Origin: the human T2T-CHM13v2.0 reference genome, Homo sapiens
Length of the DNA: 64,000 bases
Direction: 5' to 3' (one strand)
NCBI RefSeq assembly: GCF_009914755.1
Contig: NC_060928.1
Part shown: positions 1 through 16,044 of the stretch, piece after piece
How positions within the stretch are numbered: the first letter of the stretch is position 1
How the letters are laid out: each line of letters starts with the position of its first letter
Made by a program: the position numbers and the translations under genes
Notes under the pieces: generated by a model
What the model saw: the letters and a program-made list of their open reading frames with translations, nothing else
Databases searched by the model: none
What the model was told of the DNA's origin: nothing

Positions 1-194
1 ACTGCTTGCTCAATGGATCACAACCCTCTCATGCAGACCCCCTTAGAGTTGTAAGCCCTTTAAAGGGACAGGAATTGCTTACTCAGGGAGCTCGGTTTTT
101 GAGACGTGAGTCTTGCTGACGCTCCCGGCCGAATAAAGCCCTTCCTTCTTTAACTCGGTGTCTGAGGGGTTTTGTCTGCGGCTCATCCTGCTAC
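1..194 (+). mobile_element. 3' part of an LTR2-type (HERV-E/Harlequin) ERV1 LTR, cut by the window start
   Basis: CCCCTTAGAGTTGTAAGCCCTT-AAAGGGACAGGAATTGC...GAATAAAGCC...GCTCATCCTGCTAC matches the recalled LTR2 R/U5. L1 sequence follows rather than a PBS, so this is a 3' or solo LTR. Confidence 0.8.
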
Positions 195-351
195 TCTGCC
201 GCTGGATATCTATCCAGAGGAAAATGCATCATTATATGAAAAAGATATCTGCACACACATGCTTATAGTGGCACAATTCACAATTGCAAAAATATGGAAC
301 CAGCCAAAATGCCCATCAATCAATGAGTGGATAAAGAAAATGTGGTGTGTG

Positions 352-356
<5 letters not shown>

Positions 357-391
<35 letters not shown>
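357..391. repeat. (CA)n microsatellite
   Basis: About 17 perfect AC units. Confidence 0.95.
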
Positions 392-393
<2 letters not shown>

Positions 394-396
394 CAC

Positions 397-750
397 TGAT
401 ATGGTTTGGCTGTATCCCCATCCAACTCTCATCTTGAATTGTTGCTCCCATAATTCTTACATGTAGTGGGGGGGATCGAGTGGGAGGTAATTGAATCATG
501 GGAGTGGGTCTTTCTCACGCTGTTCTCGTAATAGTGAATAAGTCTCATGAGGTCCGATGGTTTTATAAATGGAAATTCCCCTGCACAAGCTCTCTTGTCT
601 GCTACCATGTAAGTTGTGCCTTTGCTCTTCCTTTGCCTTCCCAGGCCCCACACAGCCATGTGGAACTGTGAGCCAATTAAACCTATTTCTTTTATAAAGT
701 ACCCAGTGTCGGGTATGTCTTTATTAGCAGCATGAGAACAGACTAACACA
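397..750 (+). mobile_element. THE1B-like MaLR solo LTR
   Basis: Starts TGATATGGTTTGGCTG, ends AGCAGCATGAGAACAGACTAACACA; 354 bp; ATTAAA poly(A) signal; flanks TGCAC/TGTGC. Confidence 0.92.
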
Positions 751-3700
751 TGTGCCATGGAATACTACTCAGCCATAAAAAGGAATGAAATAATGGCATT
801 TGCAGTAACCTAGATGCAAGTGAAGACCACGATTCTAAGTGAAGTAACTCAGGAATGGAAAACCAAATAGGCTGTGTTCTCACCCATAAGTGGAAGCTAA
901 GATCTGAGGATGAAAAGGCATAAGAGTGATACAACAGACTTTAAGGATTCAGGGGAAAGGGTAGGGGGCATGAGGGATAAAAGACTACACATTGGGTACA
1001 GTGTACACTGCTAGGGTGATGGATGCAGCAAAATCTCAGAAATCACGGCTAAAGAACTTAGTCATGTAACCAAACACCACCTGTTTCCCAAAAAAACTAT
1101 TGAAATAAAAAAAAAAACTTGCATGCATAAAAGCACATTAGAAATGTTTTAATAACGTGAAATTAGATTTTTATATTCACACAAACATGCATTAAGTCTA
1201 TCCATATTGGATAGACATAATGGCTTCCTTGTAAAATTTAAAGAGTTTAGAATTGCCCTAATATTTTACATAGATATTACTTTTAAAAACTGATTTTGAA
1301 CAAAAACCAATATATCAAAGATTCTTGTGAAGTTGGGACCTGAGATTGCAAACAGATGCATTTTTCTAAATTTTTGTGAGAATGAAATGTTTTCATTGTG
1401 ATTCAAGCTGGAATTAATAAGGGTGACTTAAGAGTTATGTTTTTGATTTTGTAGGGAGAGCTCCCTTGGTTACGACAGTCTTAAAGATCTCCTGTTACAT
1501 AAATTTGACAGTAAGTTATCAACATTACAACTAAGAAGCCTAACCATTTGGAATTTAAAACTCCTGTATCAGTCTGCCCTGGAGTCATTCTGGGATGAGT
1601 CAAGTGGTCAGACACTGTCTCACTGGATGAGAAACATGATCATGTCTGAGTACCAGGAATAACAATTCTAAAAATGGACAGATCTAATTCATTCAATATT
1701 TCAGTGATGGCCAAGTGACGCATGCTGGGAGGGCTCAACCTCTACGCCTGGAAACTTGGCTCTTTGGGAAGATGTGGCAATGCAAATTTGTTGAAGATGA
1801 AGGATATATCACTCTTCTGGAATGAATGGAATGAATGGAATGTCTAGCCAGAGACCTTTCAGAAATCTTAATAATTGTGGCAATTTTTTTTTCTTAACTG
1901 TTCACTTCTCTTAACAAAAGAAAAGCCACTGCAATGCCCCACCTATTCCCCTCACACATGTCTGTTCTTGATACTAATTTTTACATTTTGACATTTAAAT
2001 AGTAACTATAATTATCCACATTTTTTCTTCTTTGGGCAATTACATTTGCATTCTTAGTGAAGAACTGTAAAACCAAATGGATGGACCAAAAAAATGGTTT
2101 AAACAGAAGTTGTACAAACATGCATATTTGAAAGAGGAGATTCTTATAACTACATAAAATAAATAATGTAATATCTTCTATTTATACTTTCCAGTAGATT
2201 AAGTGCTGAGGACACAGTCAACAAAAACAACATTATATGTTTCTACTGGCAATATCCCTGGTGTTGCCTAATTGGTTGAATTTCAAACCATTATCTTTAA
2301 AGAAGCATCTCTATAGGTATAGTTAGTTCTTCTTTGCTTTCTGCCAGAGAAGCCTGCAGAACACAATCAAGGGATATTGATGTTCAAAGAAAAGAATGGC
2401 CTGACAATTCAAACAACATACCTAAAATTTTTTACGTTCTAAGAAAATAGATGCTGTGTTGCATTTTTGTGCATCTTTGTACCTCCTTGGTTGATAACAA
2501 AGTAAGTTTTCTAGCACTGCCTCTGGGTTCTTTCTAAGTAGAGACTTGTCCTGTAACAAGATGAATGAAAGTATGAGCAGATAAATAATGTGCATACAAC
2601 GTAGAATGAAACTTTTAAAATTAACGTAGCAACTTCAAAAGACTTAAAAAATGAAAATTCCATGGAAAAATTTTAATATGCCTTATTATCCTCCAATATT
2701 TGTAGACCTCAGAAAAAAGTTGTTTCTCATTCTGTTGAACATATATTTATGAATTTTGTTCAAATGCAAAAATCAACTAATGGCTAATGTCTAAAAATAA
2801 GAAAACATATTAGCTAATAAAAGACTTTTGGGAAAATGTTAATTTGTTTTGATTGAAAATTGTTCATTAATGTACTCTCATGAACTACTATTTAGATTTC
2901 ATCATGAATTTAAACTACTTATCACAAGTTTTACGAACAGAATATAGTCAGGTAATATTTCCAATTTATTTAATAAGTTTTTGTTTAGCATATACTATAT
3001 GTCTGGCACTATAAAAGACACTGGTTATATTGCAATAAACAAAATATAATTGTTTTCTATAAGATTTGCTTGAATTATTTTTTACCTAATTTAATACTTT
3101 AAAAATTTGCTAACGTAAAATTTTTTATGACTTACAAAATACTTATATAAGCATTATCTCATTGATTCATTTTATAATCCTGTAAAAGATATGAAGTTAT
3201 TTTTATTGTTTTCATTTTACATGTAAAGGAAAAATGCCCCAAAGTCTTAAGTAAATTTAAAAATATTTTTTGGCTTGCAAGTAATGAAGTTAGGACTTAA
3301 ACATATTTCTATAATCCCTGCATCATACTTTGCATATGCTCTCCAAAATGCAAATAAATGCTTTGTTTAATATCACAATGATCTCTTTCCTTTAACTTTG
3401 AGTATTTAAAATATTACCTATAATATTTCTATATTACATTAATAACATAATATAGGTTGGATTTTACTTTTATCATTTGAGTCTCATGTGCTTAAATTTC
3501 ATAAGTTGCAAGCATTAATATTTTGTATTTTGCTGAATCTATTTTTATCTAATGGCATATTACTCGGAAATGAAGTTTTAGTTGGATAGGTCTTCAAGTG
3601 CATTATATAGAGGCTGAAATCCACAATTGTATTTAATTTTCATTTTTCTATTTTGGCTTTAAGCTAAGGTCTGTTACATACAATGTCTAATGAGGTAATC

Positions 3701-4217
3701 TTGTGAACAATGCCTAATTCTGACTAATAAACTCAAGTACAGCTGTTCTCCAAAGCTCCTTTGAATTAATATCATTCCGTTTCATTTATGAGACATAACC
3801 TTTTCTGAAATTAGTGTGATCTGTCTCAAAGTGAAAACTGAAGTTATTATAACTATTTGGCAAATATTATTTTGTGCATTGTAGCAATTAGATAACAATC
3901 AAGAGATAATATATGGTAGAAAACTATAAATGTCATCACAGCAGAAGTATACAATTTTGGAAGAGAAAAATGCATACTTTGTCATTTATTAGAAAAGATT
4001 TAATGGAAGACCTTTGAGGCAGATCTTGAAGAATAAATAGAATGAGGACAGCAGTGAGAGATCTACTATACAGGAAATAATTGTCATTAACATTCACTGG
4101 TGTAGACAGAGTTACCCTCTTTTATACTAGTTTACTCTTCAGGACTAACTTAACCATGTAATAAATGAAAAGCTATCCTTGCACTACGTGTGGAGGGACA
4201 GTAATGTATAAGAAAGC

Positions 4218-4582
4218 TGTATTAGTCCATTCTGGCACTCCTACAAAGAAATACCTGAAGCTGGGTAATTTATGAAGAGAGGTTTAATTGGCTCATCCTT
4301 CCACAGGCTGGGCAGTAAGCATGGTAGCCTCTGCTTGACTTCAGTCATGATGGAAGCCAGCACTTCACATGGCCAGAGCAGAAGAAAGAGAGAGCAAGGA
4401 GGGAGGTGCCACACACTTTTAAACAATCAGAACTCCATCAGGAGACGGCACAAGAAGGATAGTGCTAAACCATTAGAAACAGCCTTCATGATCCAATTAC
4501 CTCCCACCAGGGCCCACCTCCAATATTGGGGATTACAATTTCACATGTGATTTGGTGGGGTACACAGATGCAAACCATATTG
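4218..4582 (-). mobile_element. MST-type (MSTB-like) MaLR solo LTR
   Basis: TGTATTAGTCCATTCT...CCTCCCACCAGGGCCCACCTCCAA...CAAACCATAT is the reverse-strand MaLR LTR signature. Confidence 0.85.
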
Positions 4583-5189
4583 AAAGAATATAAGAAAGTC
4601 AAAATTATTAACTGCTTTTTGATTTTATTTTTAGACTTTGCTGTTTATCAAAACTGTAGGCTCTGCAAAACTAAGTTTCCACATCTGCAAAATAAGTAAG
4701 ACAGCCCCATATTACTAAACTCTCTCCAGAACAATTATTCAATAAATTTATAATATTTTAAAAATAATTACAATAAAGTTTTCTGCTTTTCTCTCTTTTA
4801 TTAAAATCTAATCTGATTTTTAAATTTCAGTGTTTTTCACATGTATGTTTGCATATTTCTCCACATAGTTCTTGATTCAGCAATGCTTGATATTCACCCC
4901 ACACTACCCCAATTTGACCCATTGAGACTGAGCCAACAGGAAATACGTAAAAGCAAAGATGTGAGAAAATAACGGTGAGTTTTGATCATTGGGAATATTT
5001 TTGTGTGGCTCACTCTTCTAACTTGTCTAAGAAGTTAGACAGAGGTATGTAAATCCTAGACAAGCAGGAAGGATTATAACTTTTCATGGTAAAGAATTTG
5101 GATTTAATTATCAAGAAATGGAAAACCATTGGCACATGTTAAGTAGATGAAATGGCGTAATATTTACATTTTAAAAGCTAACTTACAAC

Positions 5190-8790
<3,601 letters not shown>

Positions 8791-10477
8791 GAGCAAAAAA
8801 GGTGGTCACAGCACACACACACACACACACGGTTATAAGTAATTTTTTTTTGTTCCTACAAAGGTGGTAGATGAAGGCATTGTCATAAAATTATCATTTA
8901 GAGAGACAAATTGAAAGGAAAAATAATATTATTAAACTTTTCATTTAATTTCATGTAATTCCAAATATTTAAACAATTCTATTAAACATAATAGAATAAT
9001 AAGAAATTCAAACATTTATAAGAATTGCATGGAATGGGAAGGATGCTTTTCTCTACCTAACATCCCATCAACATTAATTCTTACTGAACTTTTATTAAAA
9101 CCAGTGGCCTTACCTTCCTTAGTCCCAGTGGCTTAAATTGTGTGGCTTGTTACCTCTCCTGAAATACTTTTCAAAATTCTCCTTTTCCATGTCTGTTGCA
9201 CTATAAACCTCCTTTTATTTATTTTTTTCTGTTGAATTTAAAACTCTCTGAGTTTTTATTCCTGCCCACCTCACCCACTTATTATGTAAATTAACAGTTG
9301 TTTTTTTCCCCACAAGGAGAGATGACAGGGAGAAAGAAAGGAGGAACTGAGAAACCCTCTCCTACTTTTTAAAGCATACAAGGGAAACAAATTGGTTGTA
9401 AATAAGCATATTTTTGATGTATGTGCTCACACTGATGTAATTCATTCATTTACTTATAAGTATTTATAAAATATTGGATATGTATTAGAAACTGCCATTT
9501 TCATGCTTTTTAAAAAATTGTTACATATTGAAAAAATTATAATTGTGTATATTTATGGGCTAAAAAGGGATGCTATGACATTTGAATACAATTTAAAAGA
9601 AATCAATCTAATTAACATATTCATCATTTCACATATTTAACATTTTGCCTTCATTTTGAAAATATTTACCAAATTTTTCTCTTATTAAATTTGGATTGAT
9701 TTCTCCTACTGAAATTAAGTCTATTCTCAGCTTTGGGTATCCTAATTATTTAACATTTACTAAAGACTCTACCTGCTGAAAACTCAAACCATGCTTTTCC
9801 TCTACCTCATGAATATCAGATGTAGACATGAAGGTTGTAATTATTTTTTTCTCATTGAGGACTTGGTACAAAATTGTAGGTATTTTGACAGTCTTTTTAT
9901 ATTTTTCATCACTGATATTCTTTCAGTATGTTGACTTACTCTTATTTCTTGCATAACTGTTTTTTTCTTATTTTTCTTTATTCATCACCCTATTAGAATA
10001 TTTTATTATACTACACCGCTTCAGTGCTTCAGTCATATACTCACAGATTGTTCAGACATGTATCAAATGCCTAACAGGTGCTAGTCACTCTTATGCTAAG
10101 GGCTGTCAATTCACTGCAGATCAAGAGTAATCATGTCCCTTTCTCATAGAGCTTGCATTAATTCATTGACTGAAAAGCAAAAAGATAAAAAACAAAGCAC
10201 TTATGAAATATTGCCTCTCAGCATTTTGGTTAATATTACATGTGAAGCATTCACAAAATGTGTGAAGTTTTGGGAAGAAAATGTAAATAATAAACTCTCA
10301 CAGACTTCAAAACATAATAGAGAAAACTCCACAAATGTTTAAAAGGCATTAATAATGAACCTAATTGTGCTAAATTATATAGCAGAGGTACATAAAATGT
10401 ACATGGCAAAGTTAAAAAGGAACAGCAGATTTTTTATAGACAGAGCATATAGGAGGTGATGGAATTGAGTTTGGAAG

Positions 10478-10737
10478 GAACATATCTCAAAATAATAAGT
10501 CATCTATGACAAACCCACAGCCAACATTATACTGAATAGTCAATAGAAGGAAGTACTCCCCTTGAAAACTGGCACAAGAACAGGATACCTTCTCTCACCA
10601 CTCCTATTCAGCATAGTATTGGAAGTTACAAAGGTCTAATAACCAGCATATATAAGGAAATTAAATTTACAAGAAACAATCCCATTAAAAGGTGGATAAA
10701 GGATATGAACAGATACTTTTCAAATATGACATACATG
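10478..10737 (+). mobile_element. Two non-contiguous L1 ORF2 fragments joined at ~10627
   Basis: GACAAACCCACAGCCAAC...GTATTGGAAGTT (RT region) is directly followed by ACAAAGGTCTAATAACCAGC...GAACAGATACTTTTC (ORF2 C-terminal region). Confidence 0.8.
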
Positions 10738-12030
10738 TTATTGATTTTTCCTATCCCCAAGAATGAAATGTTTTTCCATTTGTTTGTGTCCACTCTTATT
10801 TCCTTGAGCAGTGGTTTGTAGTTCTCCTTGAAAATTTCCTTCATGTACCTTGTTAGATGTATTCCTAGGTATTTTATTCTTTTTGTAACAGTTGTAAATC
10901 GGTTTTCATTGATGGAAGTTGTAAGATGTATAGTTTGCAAAATTTTTCTCCCAGTCTGTAGGTTGTCTGTTTACTCTGTTGATAGTTTCTTTTGCTCTGC
11001 AGAAGCTCTTTACTTTAATTAGATCTTATTTGTCAATTTTTACTTGTGTTGCAATTGCTTTTGTAGTCATTTGCATAAAATATTTGCCAGTGCTTATGTT
11101 CTCAATGGTATTGCCTTGGTTGTCTTCCAGGGTTGTTATAGTTTTGAGTTTTACATTTAAGTCTTTAATACATCTTGAGTTAATTTTTGTGTATGGTGTA
11201 AGGAAGGGGTTCAGTTCCAATTTTCTGCATATGGCTAGCCAGTTATCTTAGCACCATTTATTTCATAGGGAATATTTTCCCCCATACTTTTTTTTGGTCA
11301 GGTTTTAAAAGATCAGATAGTTGTAGATGTCTGGTCTTATTTCTGGGTTTTCTATTCTGTCCAATTGGCCTATGTGTCTGTTCTTGTACCAGTACCATGT
11401 TGTTTTAATTACTGTAGCCCTTCAGTATAGTTTGAAGTCTGGCAGCATGATGCCTCAAGCTTTGTTCTTTTTGCTTTGTATTGTCATGGCTATTTGGACT
11501 CTTTCTTCATTCCATATGAATTTTAAAATATTTTTCTAGTTTGGTGAAGAATGTCAATGCTAAGTTGGTGGGAATAGCATTGAATTTATAAATTACTTTG
11601 GGCAGTGTGCAGTATGGCCATTTTTGTGATATTGATTCTTCCTATTCATGAGCATGAAATGTTTTCCATTTGTTTGTGTCATCTCTGATTTCTTGGAGCA
11701 GTGGTTTGTATTTCTCCTTGTAGAGATCTTTCAGCTTGCTGTTTAACTGTGTTCCCAGATATTTTATTATTTCTGTGGCTATTGTAAGTGGGATTACATT
11801 CCTGATTTGACTCTCAGCTTGACTGTTGTTGGTGCATAGGAATGTTGTTAATTTTTGCACATTGATTTTCTATCCTGGGAATTTGCTGAAGTTGATTATC
11901 AGCTTAAGGTGCTTTTGGGCTGAGGCTATGAGGTTTGCGAGATACAGAATCATGTCAACTGCAAACAGGGATAGCTTGACTTTCTTTTTTTCTATTTGAA
12001 TGTACTTTATTTCTTTCTCTGGCCTAACTG
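10738..12030 (-). mobile_element. Antisense L1PA/PB ORF2 fragments (short 10738-10899; long ~10919-12030)
   Basis: Minus-strand translations give ORF2 motifs [44 protein letters not shown]. Confidence 0.9.
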
Positions 12031-12799
12031 TCTGTAGTTTTCTTCTAAAAATTTCTTTGCCTGTTTTGCATATTAGGGTAATTCTGGCTTCATAGAACAA
12101 GACGAGAAGTACAACCTCTGCTTTATGTTTTTAAAAAATTGTAGAGAATTGGTATAATTAATTAAATCATGGATAGAATTCACTAGTGAGACCATCAGGG
12201 TCTTCTGCTTTCTGTTTTGAAAGGTTACTGGTTATCAATTCAATTTATTTCATGCACACAGGTTCAGGCAGGTTGTCTATTTCTTTTTGTATGAGTCTTG
12301 GCAAACTGTATCTTTCAAGAAATTGGTCTGTTCCATCTAGGTTATCAGATTTGTGGGTTATAGTTCACAATTTGCCTTTATTATCCTTTTAATGTCCATG
12401 GGATTTGTAGTGATGCCTCCTCTTTCACTTCTAATACTGGAATTTGTTGCCTTTCTTATTTCCCCCACCCTTAGGTAGCCTATCTGGGGGCTTATACATT
12501 TTATTGATCTATTCAAATAATTGATTTTTAAATTTCATTTTTTTGATTTTTTTAATTTTCAAAATTGAAAATATTCCTTTTATTGTTCTTTCTTTCATTA
12601 TGTACATTTGAACATTTGAATTTATGACCTATATCATTTTCCTTCTCTCTAAAAAACTTTTTAAAAACACTTCTTGAAAAGCAATTCTACTGGCAACAAA
12701 TTCCTTCAATGTTTATTTGTCTCATAAAGTTTTCATTTCTCCTCCATTTTAATGGTTAATTTTTCAGGCTACAGAATTTTAGCTTGCTAGTTTCTGGGG

Positions 12800-12831
<32 letters not shown>

Positions 12832-12980
12832 GCCCCCCTCTCTCTCTCTCTCCCTCAACATTTTAAACATTTTACTCTACTCTTATTGTTTTTGTGGCTT
12901 CTGAAGAGAAGTTTGATATAATTCTTATTTTTGTTCCTTTGTAGATAAGGCATTATTTCTTCTAGCTTCTTTCAGAATAT
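12031..12980 (-). mobile_element. Older L1M fragments, antisense, containing a (CT)n tract at ~12821-12852
   Basis: Degenerate ORF2-like translation (MFYEARITL) and T-rich antisense L1 texture. Confidence 0.6.
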
Positions 12981-14775
12981 TTTATTGAGGATTTTTGCAT
13001 TGCTATTTATCAGGGATATTGGCATGATGTTTTCTTTTTTTGTTGTATCTCTGCCAGGTTTTGGTATCAGGATGATGCTGGCCTCATAAAATAAGTTAGG
13101 GAGAAGTTCTTCCTTTTCAATTGTTTGGAATAGTTTCAGAAGAAATGGCACCAGCTCCTCTTTGTACCTCTGCCCAAAGTAATTTACAGATTAAATGATA
13201 TTCCCATTAAACTACCATTGATGTTCTTCACGGAATTAGAAAAAAACTACTTTAAAATTCATCTGGAACCATAAAAGAGCCCATGTAGCCAAGACAATCC
13301 TAAGCAAAAAGAACAAAGCTGGAAACATCATGCTATCTGACTTCAAACTACACTGCACAGCTACAGTAACCAAAATAGCATGGTATTGGTACCAAAAGAG
13401 ACACATAGACCAGTGGAAGAGAATAGAGATCTCAGAAATAAGATCACACATCTACAAACATCTGATCTCAACAAGCCTGACAAAAACAAACAATAGGGAA
13501 AGGATTCTCTATTTAATAAGTGGTGATGGGAACACTGTCTAGACATATGCAGAAAATTGAAACTGGACCCTTCCTTACACATTATACAAAAATTAACTAA
13601 AGATAGATTAAAGACTGAAGTGTAAAACCCAAAACTATAAAAACCCTAGAAAAAAAGCTGGACAAAACCATTCAGGTCATAGGCACCAGCAAAGATTTCA
13701 TGACAAAAACATCAAAAGCAATTGCAACAAAAGCAAAAATTGACATTTGGGATCTAATTAACTGAACAGCTTCAGCACAACAAAAGAAACTATCATCAGA
13801 GTGAACCGACAATCTATGGAATGGGAGTAAATTTTTGCAATCCATCCATCTGACAAAGATCTAATATCCAGAATCTACAAGGAACTTAAACAAATTTACG
13901 AGATAAAAACAAGCAACCCCATGAAAAAGTGGACAAAGTACATGAACAAAAACTTCTCAAAAGAAGACTTTTCTGCAGCCAAAAAACATTAATAAAAGTT
14001 CAACATCACTGATCATTAGAGACATATGAATTAAAATTAAAACCATAATGAGATACCATCTCATGCCAGTCAGAATGGCCATTATTAAAAAGTCAAGAAT
14101 CAACAATGCTAGCAAGGCTGTGGAGAAATAGGAATGCTTTTACACTTTGGTGGGAATGTAAATTAGTTTAACATTTCAAAGACATTGTGGCGATTCCTCA
14201 AGGATCTAAAACCATAAATACCATTTGACTCACCAATCCCATTACTGGGTATATACTCAAAGGAATATAAATCATTCTGTTTTAAAGATACATATGCATA
14301 TATGCTTATTGCAGCACTATTCACAATAGCAAAGACATAGAATCAACCCAAATGCCCATCAATAATAGACTGGATAAAGAAAATGTGCTACGTATACACA
14401 ATAGAATACTATGCAGCCATAAAGAGGAATGAGATCATGTCTCTTGCAAGGACATGGATGGAGCTGGAAGTCATTGTCTGTAGCAAATGAATACAGGAAC
14501 AGAAAACCAAACACTACGTGTTCTTACTCATAAGTGGGAGCTGAACTGTGAGAACACAGGGACACAGGGAGGGGAACAACACACACCAGGGACTCTCAGG
14601 GGGACGAGGGGAGAAAGAGCATCAGGATAAATAGCTAATGCATGCGGGGCTTAATACGTAGGTGGTGGGTTGATAAGTGAAGGAAAGCACCATGGCACAT
14701 GTTAATATACGTAACATATCTGCATGACCTGCATATGTATCCTGGAACTTAAAATGAAGTTAAATTTTTAAAAAA
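12981..14775 (+). mobile_element. 5'-inverted L1PA (about L1PA10-like): inverted segment 12981-13172, sense 3' portion 13170-14775
   Basis: Antisense TTTATTGAGGATTTTTGCA...TTTGTACCTCTG is fused to sense CTGCCCAAAGTAATTTACAGA. The 3'UTR reads GCATCAGGATAAATAGCTAATGCATGCGGGGCTTAATAC. Confidence 0.88.
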
Positions 14776-14790
14776 CGTTAAACTTTTTAT

Positions 14791-15042
14791 CGTAGGTGGG
14801 AATTGAACAATGAGAACACATGGACACAGGAAGGGGAACATCACACTCTGGGGACTGTTGTGAGGTGGGGGGAGGGGGGAGGGATAGCATTAGGTGATAT
14901 ACCTAATGCTAAATGATGAGTTAATGGGTGCAGCACACCAGCATGGCACATGTATACATATGTAACTAACCTGCACATTGTGCACACGTATCCTAAACCT
15001 TAAAGTATAATAATAATAAAATAAAATAAAATAATAAAAAAA
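14791..15042 (+). mobile_element. Young L1PA (L1PA2/3-like) 5'-truncated 3'UTR with A-rich tail
   Basis: AGGTGGGAATTGAACAATGAGAACACATGGACACAGGAAGGGGAACATCACACTCTGGGGACTG...TAAAGTATAATAATAATAAAA, close to young L1 consensus, including the G-rich tract. Confidence 0.92.
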
Positions 15043-15361
15043 GGAAGGAAGAAGGAAAGAGGAAGAAGAAAGGAATATAAACATGATTAAAAATGCAGAT
15101 ATATCTCTAAAAATTAAGGGTTTTTTTCTTTAAGAGCAATTATTAAATAATATTTTTCAGAAAAAAAAATTATAAAGACAAGACCTCTGTCACTTTCAAA
15201 TAGGATGCCCTAATAAGTCCTGGAAACTCTATTTAATATTTACACATACTTTACTAGACACCTAGCATGAAGTTGAAGATATATTAGAGCTTAATCTGTA
15301 AAGATATGGACCTTGGCCTTTCAGATATGCTATTTTACAGTGACTCCTACTGATGTTACAC

Positions 15362-15370
<9 letters not shown>

Positions 15371-15405
<35 letters not shown>
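15371..15405. repeat. (GT)n microsatellite followed by (GA)n
   Basis: About 17 GT units. Confidence 0.95.
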
Positions 15406-15406
<1 letters not shown>

Positions 15407-15629
15407 CAGAGAGAGAGAAAGAGGTCTCTCTCTCTGGCTTTTTTTTTCCCAATGAGTCAGTGGTGTTGGGTCAATAAAATTAACATTCCTATTTTACTCA
15501 TTCTGTGGAAACAAGTTCATGTGCCAGTGGGTGTTCATGCTGATACTGGTGAGGCCTTAACTTCCCCCAAAATGCATATCGTATTAATTTTCCAAATAAA
15601 TATTTAACAAGTAAAAAAAAAAATTTAAA

Positions 15630-16044
15630 AAAGAAGATATACATGTGACCAACAAATATATGAAAAAAAGCTTGACATCACTGATCATTAGAGAAATGCA
15701 AATCAAAACCCCAATGAGATACCATCTAACACTAGTCAGAATGGCTATTATTAAAACGTCAAAAAATAAGAGATGCTGGCTGTGTTGTGGAGAAAAAGGA
15801 ACACTTTACACACTGTTAGTGGAAGTGTAAATTAATTCAGCCGTATGGAAGACAGTGGGGCGATTCCTCAAAGACCTCAAGACAGAAATACCATTTGACT
15901 CAGTAATCTCATGACTGGGTATATACTCAATGAAATATAAATCATTCTATTATAAAGAAGCATACACACGTATGGTCATTGCAGCACAATTTACAATAGC
16001 AAAGACATGGAATCAACCTAAATGCCCATCAATGATAGACTGAA
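15630..16044 (+). mobile_element. L1PA (about PA13-15) ORF2 end, left part; continues at 24084
   Basis: [21 protein letters not shown]2 motif; stops at ATGATAGACTGAA, where MLT2A begins. Confidence 0.88.

Larger units (their letters stand above)
195..1117 (+). mobile_element. L1PB-like 3' end (ORF2 C-terminus, 3'UTR, A tail), interrupted by (CA)n and THE1
   Basis: Translation shows the L1 ORF2 tail (IAKIWNQPKCPSINEWIKKMW). The 3'UTR GGGTACAGTGTACACTGC...ACCAAACACCACCTG...GAAATAAAAAA is L1PB-type. Confidence 0.85.

Noticed and set aside
1818-1842. GGAAT repeats resembling satellite II/III
   Set aside because: Only ~2.5 copies of a 9-mer; a simple micro-duplication.
13173-14560. L1 ORF2 as an active coding sequence
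   Set aside because: 5'-truncated/inverted with many stops and frameshifts.
14850-14883. G-quadruplex motif
   Set aside because: Standard polypurine tract of L1PA 3'UTRs; nothing locus-specific.
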